Positions 13,248 to 26,308 of a stretch of 64,000 nucleotides of DNA are shown in pieces (position 1 is the stretch's first letter; each line of letters starts with the position of its first letter). Origin of the DNA: Lobosporangium transversale (lineage: Eukaryota); assembly GCF_002105155.1 (NCBI RefSeq), contig NW_019028992.1, positions 620,001 to 684,000 on the forward strand, in the 5' to 3' direction. The notes beneath the pieces are model-generated. The model searched no databases and was not told the origin of the DNA. It worked only from the letters and a program-made list of their open reading frames with translations. The position numbers were made by a program, and so were the translations under genes.

Positions 13248-14021
13248 TTACATGGATCCCTTGGTCTCCTCAAGGCGTCTCACAATGAACAAGCTGGTAT
13301 CAAGGAAACTATAGGAATGTACAAGTGCACACAAAAAAAAAAAAAAAAAAAAAAAGATTTGGAGAGTATCGTCAGTAACCTTGTCCGATCAACAGGATAT
13401 CTGGTAGCACTTTTGTTGATTAAAAGCCCAATATCCCCGTCAACTTACCGATCGACAGTGTTGGCGAGGCAGGCTTCCTCTGAACGATCAAGCTTGTTAC
13501 CTACATTAGCCACACAATTCAGTCAGTTAGTCTGAAACATAAACAAAAGGGTATCAAAAAATAAAAAAAAAGGCTGTCGTAACAAGCATATTTATGAGTA
13601 ATAGAGCTAATAACAGTGTATGCTGAAGTATGAGTATTGTTCATTTGCAGCCCATTTGTAATTATCCTTTCAATCTCTGCTTTCGTCCTGCATGCTCCAC
13701 AAAAAGCTGTAAAAATAACAACGTGAGAGCAGCCACCGATTCCTTGGCTCTGGTTATATCAGATCAAGTGAAAATCCAATCCTTGCAAAATATAAGCCGA
13801 TGAGTTTTTTTCTTAAGATCAGCCGATATACCGCATCATTCGTGCCGCCTAGCAGGTTATACAGTTGCAACAGGTTCGGACATACCAATCTTTGTGACAC
13901 ACTTGTCAAAGGCCAGATCACAGAAAGTGTGAATGGATTGCTGAAGGCGAGCCTTGGCTTGCTCGGCCTCGAGGAACTTGGAAAGCTCACGCTGGGCAGC
14001 CTCGTCAAAGTTTTGAGCCAT
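13248..14021 (-). CDS. TIM8: Mitochondrial intermembrane-space small Tim chaperone Tim8 (3 exons)
   Basis: Exons 14021-13886, 13500-13449, 13308-13248 give MAQNFDEAAQRELSKFLEAEQAKARLQQSIHTFCDLAFDKCVTKIGNKLDRSEEACLANTVDRFLDTSLFIVRRLEETKGSM, with Tim8-type ELxxFLExEQ and DRFLDTS signatures. Confidence 0.9.
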
Positions 14022-14199
14022 TGTGATTAGATTTGGTTGATGTTGGAAGGTTGAATTGAAAGAGGAATGAAAAGCCCGGCGATCTCTGACATGCACCGCA
14101 CCATGTTTTCTGTGACTGTTATATGACGCTACGTCCCTTAATATTATCACGTGAGTTTACTTTATTACAGTTCAAAAAAAAAAAACGAGTGTCTTTGTT

Positions 14200-16554
14200 C
14201 TACTTTCTAAATGTTGGTGTTTGTGTGTTTGGGAAGAGTGATACAGGCCGTTGTAACCCGTTCCATTTTTTGTTATATTGTCCACATGCATTACACAATT
14301 TTTCATTACGAGCACCAAGGCGCCAGATAGCTATTTAGTTAAAAAAATAAAAAAAAAGCATCAATATGACAGATCTGAATATGGTAAATTGAGATTTGTA
14401 AAATGAAAATCTACAGGAACATGTACTTACGTGAGACAAGGGTACCGCAATTGGCACAGGGGATCTGAGAATCATTCCGCCTCCAATGTGCAGGTGTTCC
14501 GCCTTCAGAGGTTACAACAGTATGAAAGTTTTTTCTGAAAGTAACATCGCCATTTGAGCTGACTTGCACAGGAGTTGGTGTGTTATTAGCGTTTGATGCA
14601 CGAGGTCGAGAATATGTCTTTTGATGAGTAGGTTGCTGAGGGATGGCATAAGCATGATGTTGGTTTGATTGTGGGATATTAGGATAGCCCCCTGTCATGT
14701 TGATATGGGGAGATAATGCCACTTGGGGTATGATGAAAGTTGATGGTGCAGACTTTTTGTTGCCCATGAGATTATGAACAGGAAACCCTGTTGCATTTGG
14801 CGGAAGTCCATTGCGCACCACATTGGTGGGAAATGCAAATGGCTTATTGGGAGGTAATGTTCCTGAAAAAGCAGTTTCCTTGTAAGGAATTCGCTTCATG
14901 GTGTCTTCAATCGCCTGTGATGTTACGAGCATGGATGGTGTCGCCTGACTAACCAGTTCCATTAAAGAGTTACGCAGAGTCGCCGCTGTAACGGAAAATA
15001 CACAGCCAAACGTGTGAAAGGTACAGGATAAGAGTGAGAGGGAGGACTGTTAACACCATTTTTGCCACTCCAAAGTAGATTCACATCGACTACAACGTAA
15101 GTTTTGTCCTACCGATCTCCTTCTCTCGAGCACTGACGGTCTGATCTTTCGATGCAAATCTCTCGTCTTGCAGCTTGTGTAACTCATATAGCAAGATGGC
15201 ATTCTTCTGAATTGCCTCAAGAGGCGTAAGCTTCTCATTATCCGCCTTACCAGAGTTGGCCGCATCTAGTAATTTTTTAAGATCCAAACCCTCCTCTACT
15301 AAGAAATTCAGATCCTCTTCCTTAAGAATAACAGTGTTTTCAGTTTCCTGATATTGCTGAGCAAACTCTAATATGCTGTCTAAAGAGGACTTTGCCTTGC
15401 GCTGTTCCTCCAATTCCGCAGCGCTTGCTTTTGATTTTTGGGCAACCCTAGTCAAAAGCGAATCATATGCAGTCGATGTGTCTTCTGCATCCAGTTCCGC
15501 ATGGGTAGAGTCGACGAAGGGAGCAAAGGATGTAAAAGGGGTGTAGGAACAAAATTCAACTGAAGAAAAAAAAATATTGATTAATTTATTTATTTTTCAC
15601 ATGAATTCGTAACAAGTCCTGCTCTTGATAAATGGTTTTAATCTATTCATGATTCCTTACCTCCCGTGCTCTTCCTCTTTGCCGCATCTGCTGCTGGGGG
15701 CATGGGCCTAGGCCTTGTATTGACGTCTTTTAAAAGTGGGGGATTGGGGTTTGATGGGGTTGGGACGACCACAGTCGTTGAAACCTCCAGATCCAGGGAT
15801 TCGTCTTTTACAAAAGCAGCGCTTGTGAACACAAAGCCCTCAGGGCCTCTCTGAAAGAGTGCTACCTTTTCATGATCCCGTCCTGGCGCTGCTACAGCCT
15901 GACTCTCTTCCCGTGGTCGAACTTTCTTTCCGTGTGATCGGATTGTGTAGTGAGATTTATCATTGATAAGGTCTGAGGCAAGATGCAGTAACTTCTGTGC
16001 ATGCTCCTGTATTTCAGGATTCTGAGAATTATCTGTAATAGCCTGTCTGCAAATCCTACCAATGTCATCCTGAATGAAGAAAAATTGTATAGAAATGTTA
16101 CACAAGATTGTTGGGCTTGCATTTTCTCACTTGTTGGTTTAAGTACGGATAGAAACAGAAGGAACCTCTTTACCTTTAAAGTAAGAACACTGGAATACTG
16201 AGCATCCTTGAGTTTTGATTGCATTGTCTGGATCGAAATCTCAACCTTCTCTCCATTGACAACAGAAGTAGCGATTGTAGACATGATCTCATATTTATCC
16301 AGTTCTTGAATGACATTCAAGATGGTTGATAGCATTTCGTTGAACTCGAACTGTGTAACTTCTGTGCTTTTAGATGTTGGACTTCCTTCATCGAATTCTG
16401 ATGTCTTTGCTCGTTTGGGTTCTGTCATGATAATGGGCGATCCTGGATTACTGTCGGCCATTGGGGAAGGATGGGAATTGCGTTTCAAATGTCCATCCTC
16501 CATAGCTCCATTGATATGGGTTCCATTCATAACAATATTAACGCTTTCGTCCAT
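14200..16554 (-). CDS. BRD7/BRD9/Rsc58-like chromatin-remodeller subunit with degenerate bromodomain and C-terminal GATA zinc finger (multi-exon)
   Basis: Bromodomain-like ISIQTMQSKLKDAQYSS...DDIGRICRQAITDN. BRD7/9-type motifs SYTPFTSFAPFVDSTHAEL, LLYELHKLQDERF and LMELVSQATP. The last exon (14330-14200) completes CANCGTLVSPIWRLGARNEKLCNAC (C-X2-C-X17-C-X2-C). Confidence 0.75.
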
Positions 16555-17527
16555 TATAGCAATTGTCAAGATTATCAAACTATAAAAGTAAAAAAAAAAA
16601 AAAAATAGTTAGAAATCTTGCAGTCAGGTGTCAGTAATAAGCTGTATTAGGCTTAATGTGAAGAAATTCAGCCATGAGACAGTATCAATTCAATTCGCGT
16701 AATAGTTTTTTTGATGTAACATTTCATTTTTTAAGGGTTCATCCGAGAGCAAAATATGCCCTGCAGTTGAAAACATAGATCAATCAGAAAATCAATTGTG
16801 CTCATGTTGCATATTGTTGTAGATCAGCTTATTAAAAAGAAGGTTAGCAGAACTTTACCAAAGACTGAAATTATCAAGTGCGGATTAGCAACTGTGGCAG
16901 AAAAAAAAAGCAGGCAGGGCGCGTCCTTTATATAATTGTTCCTCTACATACCCAATAAGAACAATTGATATGTGTGTTAGTTCTATAGCGTGTCTATGGT
17001 GGGTGTTTGTTCAGATGAGAAAGATGCATTGTTCTGTCCATGTCAAAAAAGCGGAGGAAGAAATAAATAAAATAACCACTAAAATAAAATCCATACAAAC
17101 TGATTGACAACCTTTCTTTCTTTTCCCTCCTTTTACAAAAATATTTTTAATCGCTGAACAAGTGTGACGCGGAGAGAAATAAAATAAAAAACCAAGATGA
17201 GGCGAAGCAGGATAAAGATTATGTGTGATCAAAAGAAAGCAAAAATAAAAAGCGAGAGACAGAGACAGAAAGCATGCAATACAAATAAAACAATGCAATG
17301 GTTCTTTTGGGCAAGGACAGGAGCAGAAAACAAAGTGAAGACACTTTACTTCAAATCCTCCTCTCTTCATCTCTTGACACATTTACGGCTCAAATGGCGT
17401 ATTAGAGCCAAAATCGTGCTGTACTCGCTCTGGCTTTGCCTGTCACTCTCTTGAGTCTCTTCACAGCACACGACCACAAACACGTAAAGAAAAATTGCAT
17501 TCATTCAATTATAACAACAACGGCACC

Positions 17528-20030
17528 ATGGAGCGACTCAAAGGTGAAGGGGTCCAAGACTGGCTCAGTCAACATCTCACTGCTCCTTGGCAGGGACATC
17601 AGACTGTGGCTTCTGAACTAGGAAATGACATCATTGCCAACATTAAAGAACGTTGGTCTCAACTCGACAGTGTGGTCCGTCTTGGCGTGCTCTTCTCATT
17701 GATCAGTCTTAAGAAAGCTCAACAACTACAACTCAAAGATAAATGTCAGGAGGTAATAATCTGTTTATTATAATAAAAAAAAATAAGTGCTTATCATGGA
17801 TCAACTGAATCGATTAAACGATATGGGGCCATAAAGAAGCTGACAACAATCTTGGTTCTATCGTAACTACACTTAGTTAATAGATCATGCGTGCTCGGAT
17901 CCAGACGACTGGGTCCGACTGATCTCCCAGATGTTCAAAGACTATCCAACAGAAGGAATATTGCGTTTTAACGTGGAACAGTTTGCAGACCAAGCGCAGC
18001 TTGGTTCTCTCATGGATGAACTCACCAATCACAGTATGTAAAAAAAAAAAAAAAAAAAAAATCGTCGTCCGATGATTTAATACTAACCCAACATCCCTTT
18101 GTTTTTTGTCTTGCCTTGTTGCCGTATATTAGTCTCACATGATGGAATCAAATTTCATCCAAAGGAGTTTGCATATTTGAATGATTCGGTTTGTAAAGCG
18201 GCCCAAGGAAAGGATCCAAAGACAAAGACATATCCACCAATCACAGGGCCCTCGCTACAACAACACTTCAACCTCCGGGAATCACACCTCACTATTCACA
18301 CAGAGCGAGCTAAGAAGCTTAAGAAGATGGCTGAACAAGCATCGTCTGCTGCAGGTAACTTGTCTATTTCCATCGGTGGTACGGGCGTCGTAGGATCTGC
18401 TGGGGGACCCCTTTCAGCCACTTCACCTGTTGGCCCAGGATTAGGATCAGCAGGCTTAACAGGAACTGGGGGCAATGTAGCGGCTGGTGGATCAGCAGCA
18501 ACAGCGGGATTGTCATCGACACAGACTGTCCCTGGTGGACCCCCTCGGCCAACAAAAAACGCTTCCACAGGACTTTTTGTGCGTAAACCTACAGGGTCGT
18601 TTCTACGGAATAACCCTCCGCGACCAATGCCCATACCTAGAAGTACGTCTTGCTCTTTCTAGGACATGAAGTTTATTATGCTTTGTTTGTAAAGCTCCAT
18701 TTATTGACTGAGCACTTATAACCCCTATCTCCTTTTTGTTTCACATAGACCCTTCAACAGGGCAGCTTCCTCTTCGGTCACCAAGACTTGATGGGTCTAC
18801 TACACCACGTTTAAATCAAAAATCAAGTCGTATTCAAATCTTGGATATCCAGCAAGGAAATGAAATCATGCAGAATATGAATGACGAGAAGAGGAGGAAA
18901 GAAGAAGGTATGTGGCATTGGATATGAATTTCTAGGACTTTCCTGTAATGATAACAAACTTTTCTATGGGAAGTATTGATATTGAGAGCGAATGTCTTTT
19001 TTTTTTCTTTCTTTTTTGTGCTTCTGTGGATTCGATGCTTTAGCTGAGCAGCGTGAGAAGGAATTAAAGAAAGAGCAAAGAGCATTGGAATTGGAAGCCA
19101 AACGCCAGCAGGATGCAGAAAAGAAGGCACAGGTCCAGAAAGAGAGAGAAGAGAAGAAACGCGAACGTGAGGAGGCCAAGAGATTAAAAGAAAAACAGAA
19201 ACAAGATCGGGACGAGCAGCTGCGACAGCAGCGGCAACATAAGGAGCAAGACCAGCAACAAGACCAAGATCGACCACGTGGGCCTGATGAGGATGAAGAA
19301 GAAGAGGATGACGAAGGAACCCTTTCTTCTTTGCCTGTCCGGAAACGGACGCGTATTGCTAGCATTAGTAGCTCGCGCAGAGGATCCAAGGATGACGGTG
19401 ATGATGAAGACAATTATGAACAAATGGATCGCTCCTCTGGCGTGGAACCACCTAGCCCTATTACGACGCCCTCGCGTAACCAACAAAACGAACAGCCAAC
19501 ACCCGAGGGCCATCTCAATAGCGAACAGTCTATCAGCAACTCACATACTCCTCCGCAGTCTTCCCATCAGCCACAACAGTCTAGTAACGTGTTGGCGGAT
19601 CACCCCACAATCTTCCAAAATATCAATCTTTTGACTCCAGAAGACAGAGTATATATTGAGGCATTCTTGCAAGGACATCCCAGTAAGATTAATATAATAA
19701 TGCAATTTCAATTTAATCCATGCAAATGGCTTTTTTTTTTTTTTTTTTTTTTTTGCTATCGCATGCTAGTTAATATCGTTGCTTCTAATCAATCCTTCCC
19801 TTCTCACGCTCGTCTAATCATTCCTAGTGAAACGACCACATGAGAATGAATCTCTGTATCAGATTGTTATGAACCAGGAACAAGTGACGGATGCTTCAGG
19901 CCGGCCGATGTACGAAACCATATTGATTGAAATGAATTTTGACACGGGTGAGTGGAAGAAGATCAAGAGACGTCGAGCAAAACCTCATGTACCAACAACT
20001 TCAGCACAACAAGTGCATCCAAGTAATTAG
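17528..20030 (+). CDS. NELFA: Negative elongation factor A (NELF-A) homologue (6 exons)
   Basis: Exons 17528-17752, 17877-18033, 18133-18642, 18749-18907, 19044-19682, 19828-20030. N-terminus DWLSQHL..W.....ASELGNDIIANIKERWSQLDSVVRLGVL...DPDDWVRLISQMFKDYP and C-terminus LLTPEDRVYIEAFLQG...YQIVMN...ILIEMNFDTGEWKKIKR match both conserved domains of animal NELF-A as I recall them. Confidence 0.85.
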
Positions 20031-20218
20031 AAGTAATAATAAAGTAACCATATTACAAGATATATATAATATATACTTTAGTTCTTACAAGTTCTTTTAC
20101 TTATTTTTTGATGAATAACAAAAAAATATGGTACAAAATATGCTTGCTCTATCTAGTTATGGCTTCACTACCACTGTCTTCTTTTTCTCTCTCTCTCTTT
20201 TTTTTTTTTTTTTTTTTT

Positions 20219-23200
20219 CTACAATGATTTACTCTCAAGCAGTTGTTCCTGTTGCCTGTGTAACCTCCTCATCTCTCTCTCAAATCTTCGCTGTTCTCGA
20301 TCCTGATGTGCCTTATAGGCCCACCAGCGTACGGGATCTGGTAAGAATACTGTTCCTATTGCCATTGGAGGCAGACGCTGCTGCTGTTGACTTTCTGACG
20401 ATTCAACGGATGACGATCCTTCCATGCCCTGAGTATCGCTGCTGCCATTGCTGCTTCTATTGTGACTGTGCTCATGACCATGACCATGGCCATGCCCGTG
20501 AATAGTTTCAGATCCACTTTCGTCTGTGCCAGTGGAAGTAGCTACTACAGCGGCAACTTCTTCCGCATGCATAACAGGTCGCGTCCTGGGATCGCCTGGG
20601 AAGACAATCAATACGTTCATTCCCAAGAGAGGACCAGGTTCATATTCCTGTCGTCCTCTCATCCTGACAGAACGTTTAAGTGGAGTAGAAGGGGATGCTC
20701 GCTCCATATTAGTAACAGCTGTGGTAGGATCGCCTCGATGCGGTAGTGATTCCATTTCAATTGACTCTGAAGTCGAGGATGGCAGGTTGTCCTTGTCGTC
20801 CTCTAAGTTTAATTCTGTAGGAACTGGAAGAGCGTTTGTTCTTGATCGGAGAGTCATCTTTGAAGCAGACCTATGGATTTCTCGAAGGGTACCGCCCACT
20901 CCGGCACCTACTCCAGCACCTACTTCAGCATCTACTCCAATTCCCGCGCCAGAGGTAGGTGGTCGTGGTTCTCGTGACATTCGTACACGGGAGCTTGTAC
21001 TTTTTCTGGATGTGGATCGAGAAAGCACAGAGGAAGGTGTGGCTCTGCCATTCGTCTGTTGCTGTCGTTCCTTCAACTCTCGTTGCTGTCGGCGCCAAAT
21101 TGAACGCTGATATCGTCGATAATGTCTTCTAGTTCTGGGAACCAGCCCACCATGGAAGACGAGAGGTTCGATCGAGATTGGTTGGACCAATAAAGGATTC
21201 CACCTACGCCGCTGCGGCAAAACTTGCGCAGACGGAGAAAGTGATTTTTCTAGGCTATTCAAGTCCGTTGGTGAAAGCATGTCGAGTTCCAAGATTCCAT
21301 GATCTTCCCCATTATCATGACGGTCATTATGGCCGACGCCCGTTCCATCATCATTACTATCCCCATCCTTATCCTGTCCATCCTCAGCAGTCTTCAGTTG
21401 CTTTTGATCTTCAGCCTCATCCTTTGATAATTGAAACTGATGACGGAACGACCGCAATGATGTTGAGCGTTCTAGGCTTTGGCGCAGCCAGTTTTCCCCA
21501 GAAGAACCGCCCTCCTCTTGATAATGGGGTTCACTATTTGTGTCTGAAGTTCGATGATGCTTATGGCTGTTACCACTATTAGATGGGTCAGGAGGGGGGT
21601 TTGACGAACCAAGATCACGAATGTAATCCGGTTTTACTTGTGAATTTGTCCTATCACGTTCATTATGGCTTGCAGATCCAGGTCTCCTTCCTGCATCTAT
21701 GCCTGGAATATGAGGCGTTGAAACCAATCTAGTTGCCGTTTCTGTGTCTGGATGGTTCATTTTAGTGGGGCCACGGTTTCGGAGGGTGGAGAAAGTAACG
21801 GATCGACCTCTGCTGCTAGCAATAGGTGCCTTCTCTGATGGCTGCTGATGTTGTTGCTGCTCTAGTTGGGGTTGAACTCCAACAATGATCCTGTACATGG
21901 GTTTCATGTCTTTTAGACAACTATCTGGGGAAGCTGAAGCTGGCATGGCCAAAGCTTGTCGTCTCCTATTTTCTTCTTCTTCTTCCGCCGCTGCTTCTTG
22001 TTCCAACATTCTCATCTCTGCAGCAGCTCTTCGTACTTCATCTCTTTGTTGCATCATCTTTCGGACTTTCTGTCCCACCAAAATCAATACCAGAACCCCC
22101 AAGATAAATCCCACTGTTACAAATCCGAGCGTTGCCAAATCGACCTGACTTCCCTTGTCAGGATGATCGTCCACGGGGTGATCCAATAAATGAACCGTCA
22201 ATGAAAAGGCTACAGCTTCTGAATTGGGGTTTTTGAGAGAATAGACATGATAACCCGAGAACCTACGGGGATCTCCTGCTGGGAAATCAATGAGCGCCGA
22301 AGGGTCTGTGGATTGATATAATGCAGAAGAAGAAGGGGAGGCATCCAGACCTGAAAACCGGGTCCATCGGTTATATAATTCACTCACGTTCAAGATACCC
22401 ATCGGCGTGATCACTGGAAAAGTGCCCTGTGTTGATTCTGGAGGGATGTCGGAAGGAGTTGGAGACGAAGTTTCAGAATACCCATTCCAAGAATCATCTG
22501 TTAATCCATGGCTGGCGCGCCAGTACATGTTCATAAATCCTTCCCAAACGTTCTGTGATCGGAAATGGAGTCCAGCCGTCGCAGGCTCGGTCGTTACTTC
22601 GAATTGAATATCTGGGTCCAGAGAATCAATATAGGTTTTAAACGTCATTTCTTGACCCGGTTGAAGGACGTTAGAATAGGTGGCCTTGACATCCAGGGCC
22701 ACTCGACTAGGACAGGTATCTGATGAAGTGAGGACTTGGTCTTTCAGATCAGGCCTTTGACGGATCAAATCTTGGAGGGTTCCATTCTTAGGAATATCTG
22801 ATGCAGTTCCCAGAAGGAACAAGGGCGATGAAGCCGAGCCCGTTGGTGAGATTGTTAGCTTGGCCTTATCGGTGTCAAACAGACATAGTCCTCCGACATA
22901 GGAGCAATAGTTGGGATTGCAATTTTGACAATCATCATATAAACTGCACCATCGTAAAGCTAAAGGCAAAAAGTAGTTTAAAAAGAAATACGAGTCAGTC
23001 TTTGACTCCTTTTTATGTCTCTCCTATGTACTTGCTGGGCAGACAAGGAGCCATAATAATCTCTTTTCTTTTTGTTTTCTTCTCTTCTTACCTCGACAGT
23101 TGTTGACGTCGGCGGGAGCCCGTGCTGGAAGATTGATAGTGATATTGACTACATCCTGATGTTCATAGCCATTAAAGCCTCCAAAGATATACGCTGTCCA

Positions 23201-25385
23201 TGCAGTCTTACTCCCTCCTGGAGCTCCAGGTGGCCTCAGGACCATCGTGTGGTTGACACGATCTCGGATAACGCCATTTACATCAGCCATATCATAGGTT
23301 GTCCAGTTTTGACAGGACATGTCAAACAAGGTTATTTTGTGGACATAACATGACTGTTCTCTCACATTTAGTCCGAGTCCAAAGGGCTTCATTCCTCCAT
23401 AGATCAAGACCATATCATCGCCCATCAACCCTGCAGGAGCCCAGACGCCCGACACTTGATCGTACATTACTGGCGGTAAATATTGCTGTACCATACTGTT
23501 CTCTTGTGGCTCAGCATCTGTAAGTTCTTCCTCATCATCAGGATCTGGATTATTAGGCGATGTGTCTGTATATGGTGGGACAGGTTGGGAAGTCAAAGGG
23601 TCGATTCTTGGCGCGAGAGCATACCACAAGTCATGTTGAATATAGTACTGATAAGTAATCGTGTTTCTGGTCGTTTGATTGACCATGCCTCCAAAGAAAT
23701 AAATCGATTCTGTGGCCTCGTGATAGACTGCAGTGGCGCCAGCTAAGCCGACGGAATTTTGATGATCGGCTCGTTTCCACATTCCGGTTTCAATATCATA
23801 CATATTCAGTTCCCGAACGGTCTCGCCCTGGGCATTCAATCCTCCAAAGACCACTAGACGGGTCACATTATTCTGAGTCACAAGAACACAACTGGCCCCT
23901 GCTCTTCCTGTGGGGAGTTGATCTGGATTGAGGGGTTGTCGTGAAGACCATTGTTTGCCATTGTATTTCCAGACATCTGCCAAAGCATCATAACTCGTGA
24001 TCCCACCATAGACGTAAAGGTCATCATTGTAAATGAATGAGAAGTGTCCATAACGAGGGTCGGGACCTCTGCCACTGACTGTGATTTTATTCCACTTGTT
24101 TGTTGCTTTTGTTTTCCATGAAGGCAAAAAAAAAAAAAAAAAACAAAAAAAAAAAGGATCCTGATGTTCAGAGACTAAATCCTTGTGAAGTGAAATGTTT
24201 TTCAATATGAGAGCAGGAAAACACAAGATTCAAAGACATACCAAATGAGTATGTTAGGATTTCAGACATGGACATAAATCGGGTTTGGGAGCTAGTACCG
24301 CCGGTGATAAAGACCATGTCCTTGCCAGCATCGTATGCCATTGCATGTTGCGACCTTGGTGTGAAATCTTTGAACACAGCCGCTTCTATAATTTTGTGTC
24401 AACACCTTTTTCATGTCAGAAATGAATTTCTCTGAAACAGGAGACAATGCTGTCTTTTCTATTACAAATTACGTAATATAGAATAGAAGTCATCCTCCTC
24501 CCTCTTTACTTTACCTCGTTGACAGACAGAGCCAGTATATTGGCTAGTACAAACACATCGATTGGCGTTACAAGTTCCTCTTCCTGAATTCATACAGACG
24601 TTGCATGGCACTTTTTTTTATGATTGCACAAAAAAAAAAAAAAAAAAAAAAAAAAATCGGCGTTTTAGCGATTTTGGACAAACAAATACGCCACATTGAT
24701 ATGTTATTTCTATTCTCTAATCTGAAATGATAAAAATAATAACAACAATAGAAACTTACAAATTGCACTCCATCCAGCTGTAAAACCAAATGATCCAGGG
24801 GTTCTTTCCTGTGATGTAAAGACTGCAGTCAGATCCGGACCAGACGAATAAATTGTTGGGGTACTATCCATCCAGATGTTACCACATAATTTGGCAATGA
24901 CCGGAGAAGATGTATCGGGACCATCATAAATCGTCAAATAGTCAATCCTATAATATATCAGATTAACCGAAAAGAGAATTAAAAAATAAAAAAAATAAAA
25001 AAAAAATAAAAAAGTATATTGAACAAACAATTTATATATAGTCAACAATGATTACAAAAAAAAAATAAAAATAAAAATAAAAAAACGACAAGTATTTAAT
25101 ATGATTTTAGAAAAAGAAGACTTGGTTTCATTGTAGTCTAATGGTTTTTTCCAATGGTTGTGTCTTTCAAAAATGTCTGATGTCTGTCAGGAACGATGAA
25201 ATCACAAAAAATAACCACCAGTGTTTTGACCGTTATCACTAAACTCACTGATAAAATGACTAAGCGATCTCTATATATAAAAAAAAAAATACATTCTTCG
25301 CCACCCATCTGCAATTTTTGTTCAAAAGAGCAAAAGAACAGATTCACACTTTCTGTGAAACAAACTCCAAAAATAAAATAGGTTG

Positions 25386-25416
<31 letters not shown>

Positions 25417-26308
25417 CTCTTACTTACCCGCATACAAGTTGAATAGGTGACCAGAACGTCAATGAGATGATATAGGGTGAGGTATTAGTCGATTTTCCAT
25501 TCCCAGTTGGGTTCGGGCTAACGGTTCCACCAGCTGCTTGTATGATCCATTTACAAGATCGTGATTGAGCTGGATAAACACCGTCGGGTGAGTTGCTACT
25601 AAAAGATCCATTCCAACCAGGGCTGAAGACTTGAGGCATATCTGAATTGCAATTCGTCGTGGCCACCCGAACATCAGGACGAAGTGAATATTGGTGGTGA
25701 TGACCATCTGAATAAGAATTAGGATCAAGTTTGGAACCCCATGATGAAGTATGACGACCATCCCTATCGTCACCATCTTCATCATAACCATCATTATCAC
25801 CCATATGACTATCATCACTATCACTGAATCCTGCTGCTGCTGCTCTTGCTGCTAGAATAGGCATAAATCTCTTTGGAGACGTTGGTAATGATAATGGCGA
25901 TGGTAATAGTAATGGTCGACGTGAATATTGCTCTTCCAAAGAAACAGATTGCTCTTCTACATTGTTGTTCTTGTCAATTGAAGATGAAGATGTAGATAGG
26001 GAAGGTAAGGAGGCATCCATAACCTTTATACCATCGCCATTATTGTTATTGTTGTTGTTGTTGTCAATAGCAACGTCCCTTCGTAAGGTCAGGACCTGTC
26101 GCAAACTACGCCTAACCAAGTCGTGGTGGTTTAGATCGTTTTTATGCACATTGTTGGAAAGCACAGCAGGGGCTGCTTGGACTTGAGATGAATGCAACTG
26201 CTGCTTTTGAGAATGTTGAAATGTGCTAATGAGAGATTGGAGACCGATGGTACAGAGAAGCAGGACAAGGAACAATGGTAGCCAGCGTGGTTGTTGCTGG
26301 GGTGCCAT
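20219..26308 (-). CDS. Attractin/MEGF8-like type I membrane protein (signal peptide, CUB, EGF, Kelch repeats, PSI, TM, long cytoplasmic tail)
   Basis: CUB: SRSCKWIIQA...CG/IDYLTIYDGPDTSSPVIAKLCG. EGF: CNVCMNSGRGTCNANRCVCTSQYTGSVC (exon about 24515-24610). Several Kelch repeats (PRYGHFS..LYVYGG, LVVFGG, IYFFGG, YIFGG). PSI-like Cys cluster. TM LGFVTVGFILGVLVLILVG. Confidence 0.8.
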
